From: an uncultured Gemmatimonadales bacterium | Lineage (GTDB): Bacteria; Gemmatimonadota; Gemmatimonadetes; Gemmatimonadales; GWC2-71-9 | Assembly (NCBI GenBank): GCA_963730185.1 | Contig: CAVSQW010000006.1 | Coordinates: 160,001 to 224,000, forward strand | Direction: 5' to 3' | DNA: 64,000 nucleotides | Part shown: in pieces, positions 50,216-60,854 of the stretch | Layout of the letters: the number at the start of each line of letters is the position of its first letter | Numbering within the stretch: the stretch's first letter is position 1 | Notes under the pieces: model-generated | What the model saw: only the letters and a program-made list of their open reading frames with translations | What the model was told of the DNA's origin: nothing | Databases searched by the model: none | Position numbers and translations under genes: made by a program

Positions 50216-51386
50216 GTGACCCGAGCCCCGATCCAGTCGCCGTCTCCCGCCCTGATCCTGACCCTGGCGGCGAGCCTCCTGACGATCCCCGTCGACGCCA
50301 GGGCGCAGTCACCCTGCGAGCCCGCCCCCGGCTCGCCGACCGCCGCGGAGTGGCTGGCCCGGGCCCGGCAGGCCGTGGGTGTCGCACGCCTCCGACGTGC
50401 GGGTGAAGGGGCGCTGCCGGTATCGCGACTACCGCCGGATCGTGCTCGCCCGGACCGGGCCGTTCGGCGAGGAACGGCTCTTCCTCCACGAGGGCACCGG
50501 CTACCCCCTTCGGGTGGAGCGGACCGAGCCGCACTATCTCTTCGGGCAGGTCGAGGCGGCCTACCTGTACTTGACCTGGTTCGACCCGACCCTTCCCTGG
50601 ACGGCGGTCCGCACCATCGACGGCGCGCCGGAGCTCGAGCGCTCGTACGCCGGCCGCGGCACCCTCGTCCCGCGCGACAGCGCTCCGTCGCTCGCGGTTG
50701 GGACCGACCTCCCGGACATGACAGCGGCGATCCCGACCTTTCTGGCCCCGACGCCACCGGATACCGTCGGAATCGGACCGGCCACGACGATCCTCCGGAA
50801 CGTGGGATACGCCGAAGTGGTCACCCTGGTCCACGACACGGTGTTCGTGCTGGACGCCACCCAGGGCGAGGCTCGAGCCCGGGCGGACTCGCAGTGGATC
50901 GGGCGGCTGTTCCCCGGGCGGCACCCGATCGTGGTGGTGGTGACCGACCTGGCCTGGCCCCACGTCGCGGGGCTGCGCTTCTGGGTCGGGTCGGGAGCCA
51001 CGATCGTCTCGCACCGGGCCAACCGGGATTTTCTCGAGCGGGTCGTCGGCCGGCGGTGGACGCTCCACCCCGACCGGCTCGAGCGGTCGCGGGCCCGGGC
51101 CCGGTTCCGGTTCGTCGGCGTGGACGACTCGCTCAGCCTGGCGGGCGGGGAGCTCCGGCTCTACCCGATCGACGGGGTGGGAAGTGAAGGCGCCCTCATG
51201 GCGTACCTCCCGGGCGATCGTTTCCTCTGGGCCAGCGACTTTCTCCAGCGGCTGGACGCGCCGACCCTCTACGCCACCGAGATCCGGGCGGCGGCCGACC
51301 GGCACGGGCTCCACCCCGATCGGGTCGCGGCCGAGCACCTGCCGGTCACCGCGTGGGCCAGAATCGAGGCGATCACGGCACGGTGA
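50216..51386 (+). pseudogene. Secreted MBL-fold-like protein, disrupted near 50380
   Basis: The signal-peptide frame breaks at about 50380; the downstream frame has VLDA, VVVTDLAWPHVAG, LMAYLP. Confidence 0.6.
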
Positions 51387-51505
51387 GCGGCCGACTGTAA
51401 CACCCCTATACACTCTCGCCGATCTACGGTAGACTATCGGGTTGTCGCCCCCGCGCGGGCCGCCAACCAACCCGCCGGATTTCAGTCAACCCGGAGATCT
51501 TCCGC

Positions 51506-51973
<468 letters not shown>

Positions 51974-51983
51974 GGAGGCGGCC

Positions 51984-54338
51984 ATGACGACGCTCTTCGG
52001 TTCGGGTATCAAGCGCCGCGAGGATCCCCGTCTCCTCACCGGCCAGGGACTTTTCGTCGACGACCTCAAGCTCCCGGGGCTGACCTACGCGGCGGTGCTC
52101 CGGAGCCCCTACGCGCACGCCAAGATCCGCCGGGTGGACGTGAGCGCCGCCAAGGCGGCGGACGGCGTGGTCGCGGTGTTCACCGGGCAGGACCTGGCGG
52201 GCAAGGTGAACCCGGTGCCCTGCGCCTGGAACGTGCCCGGCTGCGATCTCAAGGTGCCGGCCCACCCCCTGCTGGCGGCCGACACGGTCCGCTACGTGGG
52301 CGACGGCGTGGCCCTGGTGATCGCCGAGTCGCGCGCGGCGGCCCGGGACGCGATCGACCTGATCGACGTCGACTACGATCCGCTCCCGGTGGTGGTGGAC
52401 CCCGAGAAGGCCACCGGTCCCGACGTGCCCAAGCTCCATGACGACGTGCCCAAGAACATCGCCTTCACCTGGACCGTCGCCGGCGGAGACGCCGACACGG
52501 CCTTCCGTGACGCCGAGGTGAAGGTCAAGCAGCGGATCGTCCAGCAGCGGCTCCTCCCTACCGCGATGGAGCCCCGGGCGGCCGTGGCCAGCTACAACTC
52601 AGGCACCGGCCAGCTGACCCTCTGGGCCACCAGCCAGAACCCGCACATCCACCGGTTCCTCTGCTCGGTGATGCTCAACCTGCCGGAGCACCGGATCCGG
52701 GTGATCTCGCCCGACGTGGGCGGCGGGTTCGGGAGCAAGATCCCGGCGTACGCCGACGAGGCCATGGTGGCCTGGGCGGCCATCCAGCTCGGCCGGCCGA
52801 TCAAGTGGACGGAGGACCGCTCGGAGAACTACAAGGCGACGATCCACGGCCGGGACCACGTGGAGCACGTCGAGATGTGCGGCACCAAGGACGGCACCAT
52901 CACCGGGCTCCGCACCAAGGTGTACGCCGGCCTCGGCGCCTACGCCTCGACCGCGGGTCCGGGCGTGCCGACCATCCTGCACGGCCTGATGTACTCCGGC
53001 GCCTACACCATTCCCAACATCCACGGGGTGATCTACGGCGTCTACACCAACACCACCCCGGTCGACGCCTACCGCGGGGCCGGCCGTCCCGAGGCGACCT
53101 TCCTGATCGAGCGGCTGGTCGACACCTACGCCCGCGAGATCGGGATGGACCCGGCCGAGGTCCGCCGGAAGAACCTGATCCCGAAGGAGAAGATGCCCTA
53201 CACCGTGGCCACCGGGATCACCTACGACTCCGGCGACTACCACACCGCGTTCGACAAGGCCCTCGGCCTGATCGATTACCAGGGCTTCCGAGCCGAGCAG
53301 GCCAAGGCCCGGCAGAAGGGGCGCTATCTCGGGATCGGGGTCTGCACCTACACCGAGATCTGCGGCCTCGGCCCCTCGCAGGTGGCGGGCGCGGTCGGGT
53401 TCGGCGGCGGGCTCTACGAGTCGGCCATCGTCCGGGTGTACCCCACCGGCGTGGTGCGGGTCTACATCGGCACCCGGCCGCATGGCCAGGGCGAGGAGAC
53501 GACCTTCGCGCAGGTGGTGGCCGACGAGTTCGGCGTGCCGGTGGAGAGCGTGGAGATCGTCGCGGGCGACACCGAGTCCACGCCCCAGGGGTGGGGCACC
53601 TATGGGAGCCGGACCACGGCGGTCGGCGGGTCGGCGGTCCGGCTGGCGGCCCGCAAGGTCAAGGAGAAGGCCAAGCTCCTGGCGGCCCACCTGCTCGAGG
53701 CGAGCGCCGACGACCTGGAATGGCAGGACGGCAAGTTCCAGGTCAAAGGATCGCCGGGTCAGGCCAAGGCCTTCGGCGAGCTGGCCCTGATGGCCAACGT
53801 CGCCTGGAACATGCCGGCGGGGATGGAGCCCGGACTCGAAGCCACCGCCTTCTTCGATCCCTCGAACTTCGTGTTCCCCTACGGCACCCACATCTCCACG
53901 GTCGAGGTCGACCCCGAGACCGGTGAGGTCTCGATCCTCCGCTACGTGGCGGTCGACGATTGCGGGCCCCACATCAATCCGATGATCGTCGAGGGACAGG
54001 TCCATGGCGGCGTGATCCAGGGCATCGGCGAGGCGCTCCAGGAGATCGCGATCTACAGCGACGACGGCCAGCTGGTGACCGGGACGATGATGGACTACGC
54101 GGTGCCCAAGGCCAGCCAGATGCCGCGGGTCGAGTCGCACTATACCTACACGCCGTCGCCGGTCAATCCGCTCGGGGTCAAGGGCATCGGCGAGGCCGGC
54201 ACCATCGCCTCGGCGCCCTGCATCGTGAACGCGGTCTGCGATGCGCTGGCGCCGCTCGGCATCACTCACATCGACAAACCGCTCACCCCGCAACGGGTCT
54301 GGGTGGCCATGCAGCAGGCGAAGGGAGGCGCCCGATGA
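51984..54338 (+). CDS. coxL: Form II CoxL-like molybdopterin-binding subunit
   Basis: GGGFGSK, AYRGAGR, HGQG, GTYGSR, GQVHGG, KGIGE. Confidence 0.92.
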   Translation: MTTLFGSGIKRREDPRLLTGQGLFVDDLKLPGLTYAAVLRSPYAHAKIRRVDVSAAKAADGVVAVFTGQDLAGKVNPVPCAWNVPGCDLKVPAHPLLAADTVRYVGDGVALVIAESRAAARDAIDLIDVDYDPLPVVVDPEKATGPDVPKLHDDVPKNIAFTWTVAGGDADTAFRDAEVKVKQRIVQQRLLPTAMEPRAAVASYNSGTGQLTLWATSQNPHIHRFLCSVMLNLPEHRIRVISPDVGGGFGSKIPAYADEAMVAWAAIQLGRPIKWTEDRSENYKATIHGRDHVEHVEMCGTKDGTITGLRTKVYAGLGAYASTAGPGVPTILHGLMYSGAYTIPNIHGVIYGVYTNTTPVDAYRGAGRPEATFLIERLVDTYAREIGMDPAEVRRKNLIPKEKMPYTVATGITYDSGDYHTAFDKALGLIDYQGFRAEQAKARQKGRYLGIGVCTYTEICGLGPSQVAGAVGFGGGLYESAIVRVYPTGVVRVYIGTRPHGQGEETTFAQVVADEFGVPVESVEIVAGDTESTPQGWGTYGSRTTAVGGSAVRLAARKVKEKAKLLAAHLLEASADDLEWQDGKFQVKGSPGQAKAFGELALMANVAWNMPAGMEPGLEATAFFDPSNFVFPYGTHISTVEVDPETGEVSILRYVAVDDCGPHINPMIVEGQVHGGVIQGIGEALQEIAIYSDDGQLVTGTMMDYAVPKASQMPRVESHYTYTPSPVNPLGVKGIGEAGTIASAPCIVNAVCDALAPLGITHIDKPLTPQRVWVAMQQAKGGAR

Positions 54339-55189
54339 TTCCGACCGGGTTCGAGTACGCCCGGGCGCGGTCGCTTCGCGACGCGCTCAACACCCTGGCG
54401 GCCGGCGACGGGGTGAAGGTCGTGGCCGGGGGCCACAGCCTGCTGCCCTTGATGCGGTTCCGGCTGGCCCAGCCGAGCAAGCTGGTGGACATCGGGCACC
54501 TGAACGAGCTCAAGGGAGTGGAAGCCAAGGGCCGGAAGGTCCGGATCGGCGCGGCCACGACCTATCGCGACCTGATCGAGTCGGAGGTCCTGGTGGCGCG
54601 GTATCCGCTGATCGTCGAGGCGGGCCTCTCGATCGGCGACCTCCAGGTCCGGAACCTGGGCACCATCGGCGGCGGCCTGGCCCACGCCGACCCGGCGTCC
54701 GACATGCCGGCGGTGATGCTGGCGCTCGGCGCCACCTTCAACCTCCGGTCCAAGGCCGGGAAGCGCGCGGTCGCGGCCAAAGATTTCTTCCAGGGCGCCT
54801 TCGCCACGGCCATGCGGGAGGACGAGCTCCTGATCGACATCGTGCTCCCCGCCCCGCCCGCCAAGGCCGGGATGGCCTACGTGAGCGTGGAGCAGCAGGC
54901 CTCGGGCTACGCCCTGGCCGGCGCGGCGGCCGTCGTAACCCGGAGCCGGAAGACGGTGAAGACCGCGGTGGTGGCCCTCACCGGGGTCACCGACCGGGCG
55001 GTGCTGGCGGACGTGGGCGGCGTGGTCGGCACCCACGCGGACGCCGCCGCGCTCGAGGCCGCCGTGCAGGACCTGACCCGGGGCCTCGACGTCAACGGCG
55101 ACATCCACGCCTCGGCCGAGTATCGGGCCCACCTGGCCCGGGTGGTGACGAAGCGGGCGCTCGCCACCGCCTACGGCAGGATCGGCTGA
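54335..55189 (+). CDS. coxM: CoxM-like FAD-binding subunit
   Basis: AGGHSLLP, IGDLQVRNLGTIGG, DPASD, SAEYR. Confidence 0.92.
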   Translation: MIPTGFEYARARSLRDALNTLAAGDGVKVVAGGHSLLPLMRFRLAQPSKLVDIGHLNELKGVEAKGRKVRIGAATTYRDLIESEVLVARYPLIVEAGLSIGDLQVRNLGTIGGGLAHADPASDMPAVMLALGATFNLRSKAGKRAVAAKDFFQGAFATAMREDELLIDIVLPAPPAKAGMAYVSVEQQASGYALAGAAAVVTRSRKTVKTAVVALTGVTDRAVLADVGGVVGTHADAAALEAAVQDLTRGLDVNGDIHASAEYRAHLARVVTKRALATAYGRIG

Positions 55190-55791
55190 CGATCCACGCG
55201 CTGGTCCTGGCCGCCGGGGCCGGCGAGCGGTTCGGCGTCGGCGGCCAGAAACTCCTGGCCCCCTGGCGGGGCCTCCCGATCCTGGGCCACGTGCTCGCCA
55301 CCGTGGCCCGGGCTCGTGACGAGCGCCTGCTGGAGCGCTGCCTGGTGGTGCACGCCCCGGCCGCCGCCGGGATCCGCCGGTTGGCCCGGGAGATGGGCGC
55401 CATACCGGTCTTTTCGGTCCGGGCGGAGGAAGGCATCGCCGCCAGCCTCCGGGCCGGGATCGTGGCCCTCGCCCGGGACGACGCCGTCTTGATTCTCCTC
55501 GGCGACCAGCCGACCGTCCCGCTCGAGGCCATCCGCGCGCTGGCCGACGCCGCCCGTGACGACCCGGTACACGCGCTCCTCCGCCCCCGTTATCGTTCCG
55601 ACCCCGCCACGCCCGGCCACCCGGTGCTGGTGGGAAAGGCCCATTGGCCGCTGGCGGCGCAGCTCGCCGGCGATCGCGGCTTCGACCCGGTGATCCGGGC
55701 CGCCGGGCTCGACTGGCGACTGATCGACGTCGACGGCGCCAATCCGGACATCGATACCCCCGAGGATCTCCAACACCTGGAACGGATTTAG
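55186..55791 (+). CDS. Molybdenum cofactor cytidylyltransferase (MocA-like)
   Basis: LVLAAGAGERFG..KLL, LGDQP, GHPV, GDRG, DIDTPED; start uncertain (CTG overlapping the coxM stop). Confidence 0.85.
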   Translation: MTIHALVLAAGAGERFGVGGQKLLAPWRGLPILGHVLATVARARDERLLERCLVVHAPAAAGIRRLAREMGAIPVFSVRAEEGIAASLRAGIVALARDDAVLILLGDQPTVPLEAIRALADAARDDPVHALLRPRYRSDPATPGHPVLVGKAHWPLAAQLAGDRGFDPVIRAAGLDWRLIDVDGANPDIDTPEDLQHLERI

Positions 55792-55792
55792 G

Positions 55793-56248
55793 ATGCGCCT
55801 CTCCTTCACCGGCTCTCCCGAAGTTCGGGCCGACGTAGCTACCGTGTGGTCGCGGCTGCTCGACGCCAAGTTCGTCGCCTCCACCGCACCCGCAATCGAG
55901 TCGGTCGAGGAGCTCGACCCCACCCACTTCAAGGCGGTGGCCGCCCTCGGCGTCGGCGCCTTGAAGCTCCGGTTCGCAATGACCGTGGAGCTCTTCGACC
56001 TGGTGGAACGGGAGAGCGCCCGGATGCGGGTCCGGGGCAAGGCGCCGGGCTCCATCCTCGACGCCACCACCTCGTTCCGCCTCGAGTCGCTCGGCCCCAA
56101 GCTGGTCCGGCTCCACTGGACCGCCGACGCCGACGTGGGCGGCACCGTGGCCAGCGTGGGGGCCCGCCTCCTGGAGGGCACCGCCCGGCGGCTGGCCGAG
56201 GAGTTCTGGCAGGACTTCGCCGATCAGGTGTCGGACCAGGGCGGCTGA
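55793..56248 (+). CDS. coxG: CoxG-like SRPBCC protein
   Basis: VWSRLLD, VGGTVASVGARLL. Confidence 0.85.
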   Translation: MRLSFTGSPEVRADVATVWSRLLDAKFVASTAPAIESVEELDPTHFKAVAALGVGALKLRFAMTVELFDLVERESARMRVRGKAPGSILDATTSFRLESLGPKLVRLHWTADADVGGTVASVGARLLEGTARRLAEEFWQDFADQVSDQGG

Positions 56249-56250
56249 GG

Positions 56251-57147
56251 ATGACATCGCTCGACGACGTCGACGGCGTGGCCCGGGCATTCGAGGCGGC
56301 TCGCTACCTGGCCGACCCCGACCTCGCCACCTCGATCTATCTGAGCCTCCGGTTGGAGCGCCCCCTCTTCCTCGAGGGCGAAGCGGGCGTGGGCAAGACC
56401 GAAGTGGCCCGCACCCTGGCCGAGGTCACCGGCGGCGAGTTGATCCGGCTCCAGTGCTACGAAGGGATCGACGCCGCCACCGCCCTCTACGAGTGGGACT
56501 ATCCCCGTCAGATGCTCGAGATCCGGCTGCTGGAGGCGCGGGGCGAGAGCGGCTCCGCCAGCATGAAGAACATCTTCAGCCCCGAATTCCTCCTCCGGCG
56601 GCCGCTGCTCCGGGCGATCGAGAGCATCGAGGGACAGCCGCCGGTCCTCCTGATCGACGAGATCGACCGGGCCGACGAGGAGTTCGAGGCGCTTCTGCTC
56701 GAGCTGCTGGCCGACTTCGCCGTCACCGTACCGGAGATCGGCACCCTTCGGGCGCGGATCCGCCCCCGGGTGATCCTCACCAGCAACCGGACCCGCGAGG
56801 TGCACGACGCCCTCAAGCGACGCTGCCTCTACCACTGGATCGACTACCCCACCGCCGATCGCGAGCTGGCGATCCTCCAGGCCCGGCTGCCGGGCATCGG
56901 TCCCCGCCTGGCCGCCGGCGCCGTGACCTTCGTCCAGCGACTCCGGGGCACCGACCTGTCCAAGCTCCCCGGCGTGGCCGAGACGATCGACTGGGCCTCC
57001 GCCCTCGACGCGCTGGGCGCCGACGATCTCGACCCCGAGGTGGTGGACCGGACCCTGGGCGTGCTGCTCAAGTACCAGGAAGACGTGGCGCGGCTCAAGG
57101 GCGACGGCGTCCGAAGCCTGCTCGGGGAGGTGAAGGCGGGCCGGTGA
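56251..57147 (+). CDS. coxD: MoxR/CoxD AAA+ ATPase
   Basis: GEAGVGKT, RLQCYEG, IDEIDRAD, TSNRTRE, LKRRC. Confidence 0.9.
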   Translation: MTSLDDVDGVARAFEAARYLADPDLATSIYLSLRLERPLFLEGEAGVGKTEVARTLAEVTGGELIRLQCYEGIDAATALYEWDYPRQMLEIRLLEARGESGSASMKNIFSPEFLLRRPLLRAIESIEGQPPVLLIDEIDRADEEFEALLLELLADFAVTVPEIGTLRARIRPRVILTSNRTREVHDALKRRCLYHWIDYPTADRELAILQARLPGIGPRLAAGAVTFVQRLRGTDLSKLPGVAETIDWASALDALGADDLDPEVVDRTLGVLLKYQEDVARLKGDGVRSLLGEVKAGR

Positions 57148-58331
57148 CCGACCTGGCCCTGGTCCGGAACGTCGTCGTCTTCGGCCGGTTGCTGCACCGG
57201 CTCGGACTCGGGGTCAGTCCCGACCAAACCCGGCTCTTCCTCCAGGCGCTCGAGACGATCGGCTTCGACCGCCAGCGCCAGGTGCGGGCCGCCGGCCGGG
57301 CGGTGTTCGTCCGGCGGCGGGAGGACCGGGAGCTTTTCGACCGGGCGTTCGCCCTCTTCTGGCGCCGCCACGCGCCGGCCGACGAGGGGCTCCTGCTGCC
57401 CCGGATCCGCCAGGACGACCGGAAGCCGCCGACCTATCCGGCCCCGGCCCCCCGCGCCTCGGAGGGCGAGGCAAAGGAGGCGCCGCCCCGCGACGCCCGG
57501 ACCCTGGCCAGCCACGTGGAGCGGATCAGGCACGCCGACTTCGCCACCCTGACCGCCGACGAGGCGAGGGACGCCTTGAGGCTGATCGCGACCCTCCGGC
57601 CGGCCCTCCCGCAACGCCCGTCGCGCCGCTGGCGGCCGGCGCGCCACCGGGGCCGCCGGCCGGCCCGGGCCCGCATCCTCCGGGGCGCCCTCGCGACCCT
57701 GGGCGAGCCGCTCCGCTGGCATTGGCTCGACCACCCGACTCGTCCCCGCCCGCTGGTGCTGGTGTGCGACATCAGCGGCTCGATGGAGCGCTACAGCCGG
57801 CTGATGCTCCGCTTCGCCCATGCGCTCGAGCAGTCCGGCGCGCCGGTCGAGGTCTTCGTCTTCGGGACCCGTCTCACCCGGATCACCCGCGAGCTCCGGG
57901 TCCGCGACGCCGACGCCGCCCTCAAGCGGGTGGGGTCCACGGTGACCGACTGGAACGGCGGCACCCGGATCGGGGGGAGCCTGGCCGAGCTCAACCGGCG
58001 GTGGGTCCGCCGGACCATCCGGAGCGGCGCGGTGGTCATGGTCTGCTCCGACGGCTGGGAGCGCGACGACCCCGCCCAACTGGGCCGGGAGATGGCCCGG
58101 CTCCGGCGGTCATGCTATCGTCTCTATTGGCTCGACCCGCTGGCCAGCCAGCCGGGATTCGTGCCGGAGGTGGCCGGTCTTCGGGCCGCGCTGCCGCACG
58201 TGGACGCCCTGATTCCCTGCGCCTCGGTGGCCTCGCTGGCCGATCTCGCCGCCCGCCTGGGACTCGGCGCCGAAGGTGGACTCGAACGACGGAGCCGGCC
58301 CGCCCGGCTCCCGGAGCGGATCGATGCGTGA
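57144..58331 (+). CDS. coxE: CoxE-like VWA protein
   Basis: DISGSMERY, FGTRLT, GGTRIG, SDGW. Confidence 0.9.
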   Translation: MTDLALVRNVVVFGRLLHRLGLGVSPDQTRLFLQALETIGFDRQRQVRAAGRAVFVRRREDRELFDRAFALFWRRHAPADEGLLLPRIRQDDRKPPTYPAPAPRASEGEAKEAPPRDARTLASHVERIRHADFATLTADEARDALRLIATLRPALPQRPSRRWRPARHRGRRPARARILRGALATLGEPLRWHWLDHPTRPRPLVLVCDISGSMERYSRLMLRFAHALEQSGAPVEVFVFGTRLTRITRELRVRDADAALKRVGSTVTDWNGGTRIGGSLAELNRRWVRRTIRSGAVVMVCSDGWERDDPAQLGREMARLRRSCYRLYWLDPLASQPGFVPEVAGLRAALPHVDALIPCASVASLADLAARLGLGAEGGLERRSRPARLPERIDA

Positions 58332-59385
58332 GCTGGTGACGGAATACGAGCGGTTGAGCAAAGCCGGCCCGGTCGGGCGCGCGGTGGTGACCCAGGTCTG
58401 GGGATCCGCGCCCCGCGCCGAAGGGGCCGTGCTGCTGGCGACCCCCGACGCCCAGATGGCCGGCTCGGTCTCGGGCGGGTGCGTGGAGAACGCCGTGGTC
58501 GAGGAGGTCCGGGCGGCGATCGAGCGCGGCACGGCCAAGGCACTCGAATACGGCGTGACCCACGAGCGGGCCTGGGAGTTTGGCCTCTCCTGCGGCGGAA
58601 CCATCTCGCTCTTCGTGGAGCCCGCGGTCCGTCCCGAGATCCTCGACGCCGCGCGCCGGCGCGAAGCCAGCGTGGTCGCGACGATCATTGCCGGGCCGGC
58701 GCCGGTCGGCTGCTCCGTCGTCGTCCGCGAAGACGGGAGCCTCGAGAACCACGGCGTTCCGGCCCAGCTGCTCGACCCGATCGCCGAGCCGGCCCGGGGC
58801 GCCCTCGGAGGGATCGCCAGCGAGACGGTGACCATCACCCGGCCGGAAGGCGACGTCCGGGTGTTGATCGAGGTGTTCCCGCGCGAGCCCAGGCTGCTCG
58901 TCTTCGGCGGAGTCCACGTGGCCATGGAGCTGGTGCGGCTGGCCCAGCCGCTCGGGTTCCGGACCATCGTGGCCGACGGCCGCGAGCTGTTCCTGACCCG
59001 GGAGCGCTTTCCCGATGCCGACGAGCTCCTGGTCGGCTGGCCGGACGAGGTCTTCGCGAAAGTGGGCATCGACTCGGCCACCTGCATCGTGATCCTGACC
59101 CACGACCCCAAGTTCGACGAGCCGGCCTGCGACATCGCGCTCAAGTCGCCGGCGGCGTACGTGGGGGTGATCGGCTCGCGGAAGACCCAGGCGCTCCGCC
59201 GCGAGCGGCTGGTCAAGGCCGGCTTCTCCCCCGACGAGATCGCCCGGCTCCACGGACCGATCGGACTGGACCTCGGCGGGCGGGAGCCGGCCGAGATCGC
59301 GCTCGCGATTCTGGCCGAGATTACCGCCGTCAGGAACGGCGGGCGGGTGGTGCGGCCCCGGCCGGAGACGGTCGCGGCGTCCTGA
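58324..59385 (+). CDS. XdhC/CoxI-family maturation factor
   Basis: GSAPR, GSVSGGCVE, GLSCGG, THDPKFD, GPIGLDLGG..PAEIA. Confidence 0.92.
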   Translation: MRELVTEYERLSKAGPVGRAVVTQVWGSAPRAEGAVLLATPDAQMAGSVSGGCVENAVVEEVRAAIERGTAKALEYGVTHERAWEFGLSCGGTISLFVEPAVRPEILDAARRREASVVATIIAGPAPVGCSVVVREDGSLENHGVPAQLLDPIAEPARGALGGIASETVTITRPEGDVRVLIEVFPREPRLLVFGGVHVAMELVRLAQPLGFRTIVADGRELFLTRERFPDADELLVGWPDEVFAKVGIDSATCIVILTHDPKFDEPACDIALKSPAAYVGVIGSRKTQALRRERLVKAGFSPDEIARLHGPIGLDLGGREPAEIALAILAEITAVRNGGRVVRPRPETVAAS

Positions 59386-59411
59386 TTCATCCTCACAACG
59401 GAGAACGACCG

Positions 59412-60854
59412 ATGCGTCGAGCCCTGATGTTCGCGCTGGTCGTGGCGTGCGCCCCGCTGGCTTCCGGGACCGCCCAGCTGGCCGATCACCCTCGGGTCCG
59501 CGAGGCCACCCATCTCCTGGCCAAGTGGCTGGACGCCCAGCGCGCCTACGAGCGGATCCCGGGCCTCTCGGCGGCGGTGCTGTCCGACCAGGAGGTCGTT
59601 TGGAAAGGCGGCTCCGGATACGCCGACCTGGCCACCCATCGTCCGGCCACGGCGGAGACCATCTACAGCATCTGCTCGATCTCGAAGCTCTTCACCAGCA
59701 TCGCCGTGATGCAGCTCCGCGACGAAGGCAAGCTCCGGCTCGACGACCCGGTGTCCAAGCACCTCTCGTGGTTCGACATCAAGCGGCGCCATCCGGAGTC
59801 GGGGCCGATCACCATCGAGGGGCTCCTGACCCACTCGTCGGGACTGCCCCGCGAAGCCGCCTATCCCTACTGGAGCGGCCCGGACTGGGTCTTCCCGACT
59901 CACGAACAGGTGGTCTCGGCCCTCTCCAGCGAGGAGACGCTCTACCCGACCGAGACCTTCTTCCAGTACTCCAACCTCGGGCTCACGCTGGCGGGCGAGA
60001 TCGTGGCGGCCGAGTCGGGCATGCCCTACGCCGACTATGTCACCGGCCACATCCTGAAGCCCCTCGGCCTGACCAGCACGACCCCCGAGATCCCGGTTTC
60101 CGAGCGGGGCGGCCGGATGGCGATCGGGTACGGCCCCTGGGAGCGCGAGGGTGACCGGAAGGTCCTGCCACCGTTCCAGGCCAAGGGCATCGCGCCGGCG
60201 GCGGGCTACGCCTCCACCGTGGAAGACCTGGCCCGGTTCGCCGCCTGGCAGTTCCGGCTGTTGAGCTACCAGTCGACCGAAGTGCTGGCCCCCAATACGC
60301 TCCGCGAGATGCAGCGGATCCACTTCGTGGACCCGAGCGGCTCGCCCACGTGGGGGCTGGGCTTCTCCGCGTGGAAGGTCGGGAAGGACAACTTCGTGGG
60401 TCACGGTGGGTCCTGCCCCGGCTATCAGACCCAGCTGACCCTCGAGCCCGAGGACCGGATCGCGGTGACGGTGATGACCAACGGGATCGACGCCCCGGCC
60501 GGCGGTCTGGCCCGCCAGGCCTACGCGATCATGGCGCCCGCGATCAAGGCGGCCCGCGACTCGACCCCGCCCAAACCGGCCGATCCGTCGTTGGCCGCCT
60601 ACACCGGGACCTACGATGAGGCCTGGGGTGGCGAAACGGAGATCTTCGTCTGGGAGGGAGGGCTGGCCGCGATCGGGTTCCCGACCGACCATCCGGTCGA
60701 CGGGATCACCAAGCTCCGGAAGGTGGGCGAGCACGCTTTTGCCCGGGTTCGGGACGACGGGAAGCTGGCCGAGCAGTGGACCTTCGATGTGGGCCCGGAC
60801 GGCCGGGCCACGGCGCTCCGCCGGAACTACAACGTGATCCCCAGGGTGCGTTAG
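59412..60854 (+). CDS. Serine hydrolase, beta-lactamase/AmpC-like family
   Basis: Signal peptide, SISK, LLTHSSGL, YSN, HGG. Confidence 0.9.
   Translation: MRRALMFALVVACAPLASGTAQLADHPRVREATHLLAKWLDAQRAYERIPGLSAAVLSDQEVVWKGGSGYADLATHRPATAETIYSICSISKLFTSIAVMQLRDEGKLRLDDPVSKHLSWFDIKRRHPESGPITIEGLLTHSSGLPREAAYPYWSGPDWVFPTHEQVVSALSSEETLYPTETFFQYSNLGLTLAGEIVAAESGMPYADYVTGHILKPLGLTSTTPEIPVSERGGRMAIGYGPWEREGDRKVLPPFQAKGIAPAAGYASTVEDLARFAAWQFRLLSYQSTEVLAPNTLREMQRIHFVDPSGSPTWGLGFSAWKVGKDNFVGHGGSCPGYQTQLTLEPEDRIAVTVMTNGIDAPAGGLARQAYAIMAPAIKAARDSTPPKPADPSLAAYTGTYDEAWGGETEIFVWEGGLAAIGFPTDHPVDGITKLRKVGEHAFARVRDDGKLAEQWTFDVGPDGRATALRRNYNVIPRVR

Noticed and set aside
51984..54338. Form I CO dehydrogenase
   Set aside because: AYRGAGR instead of AYXCSFR, and S-L-M gene order.
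59412..60854. True beta-lactamase resistance gene
   Set aside because: Generic SxxK serine hydrolase with an HGG motif and a C-terminal extension; activity cannot be inferred.
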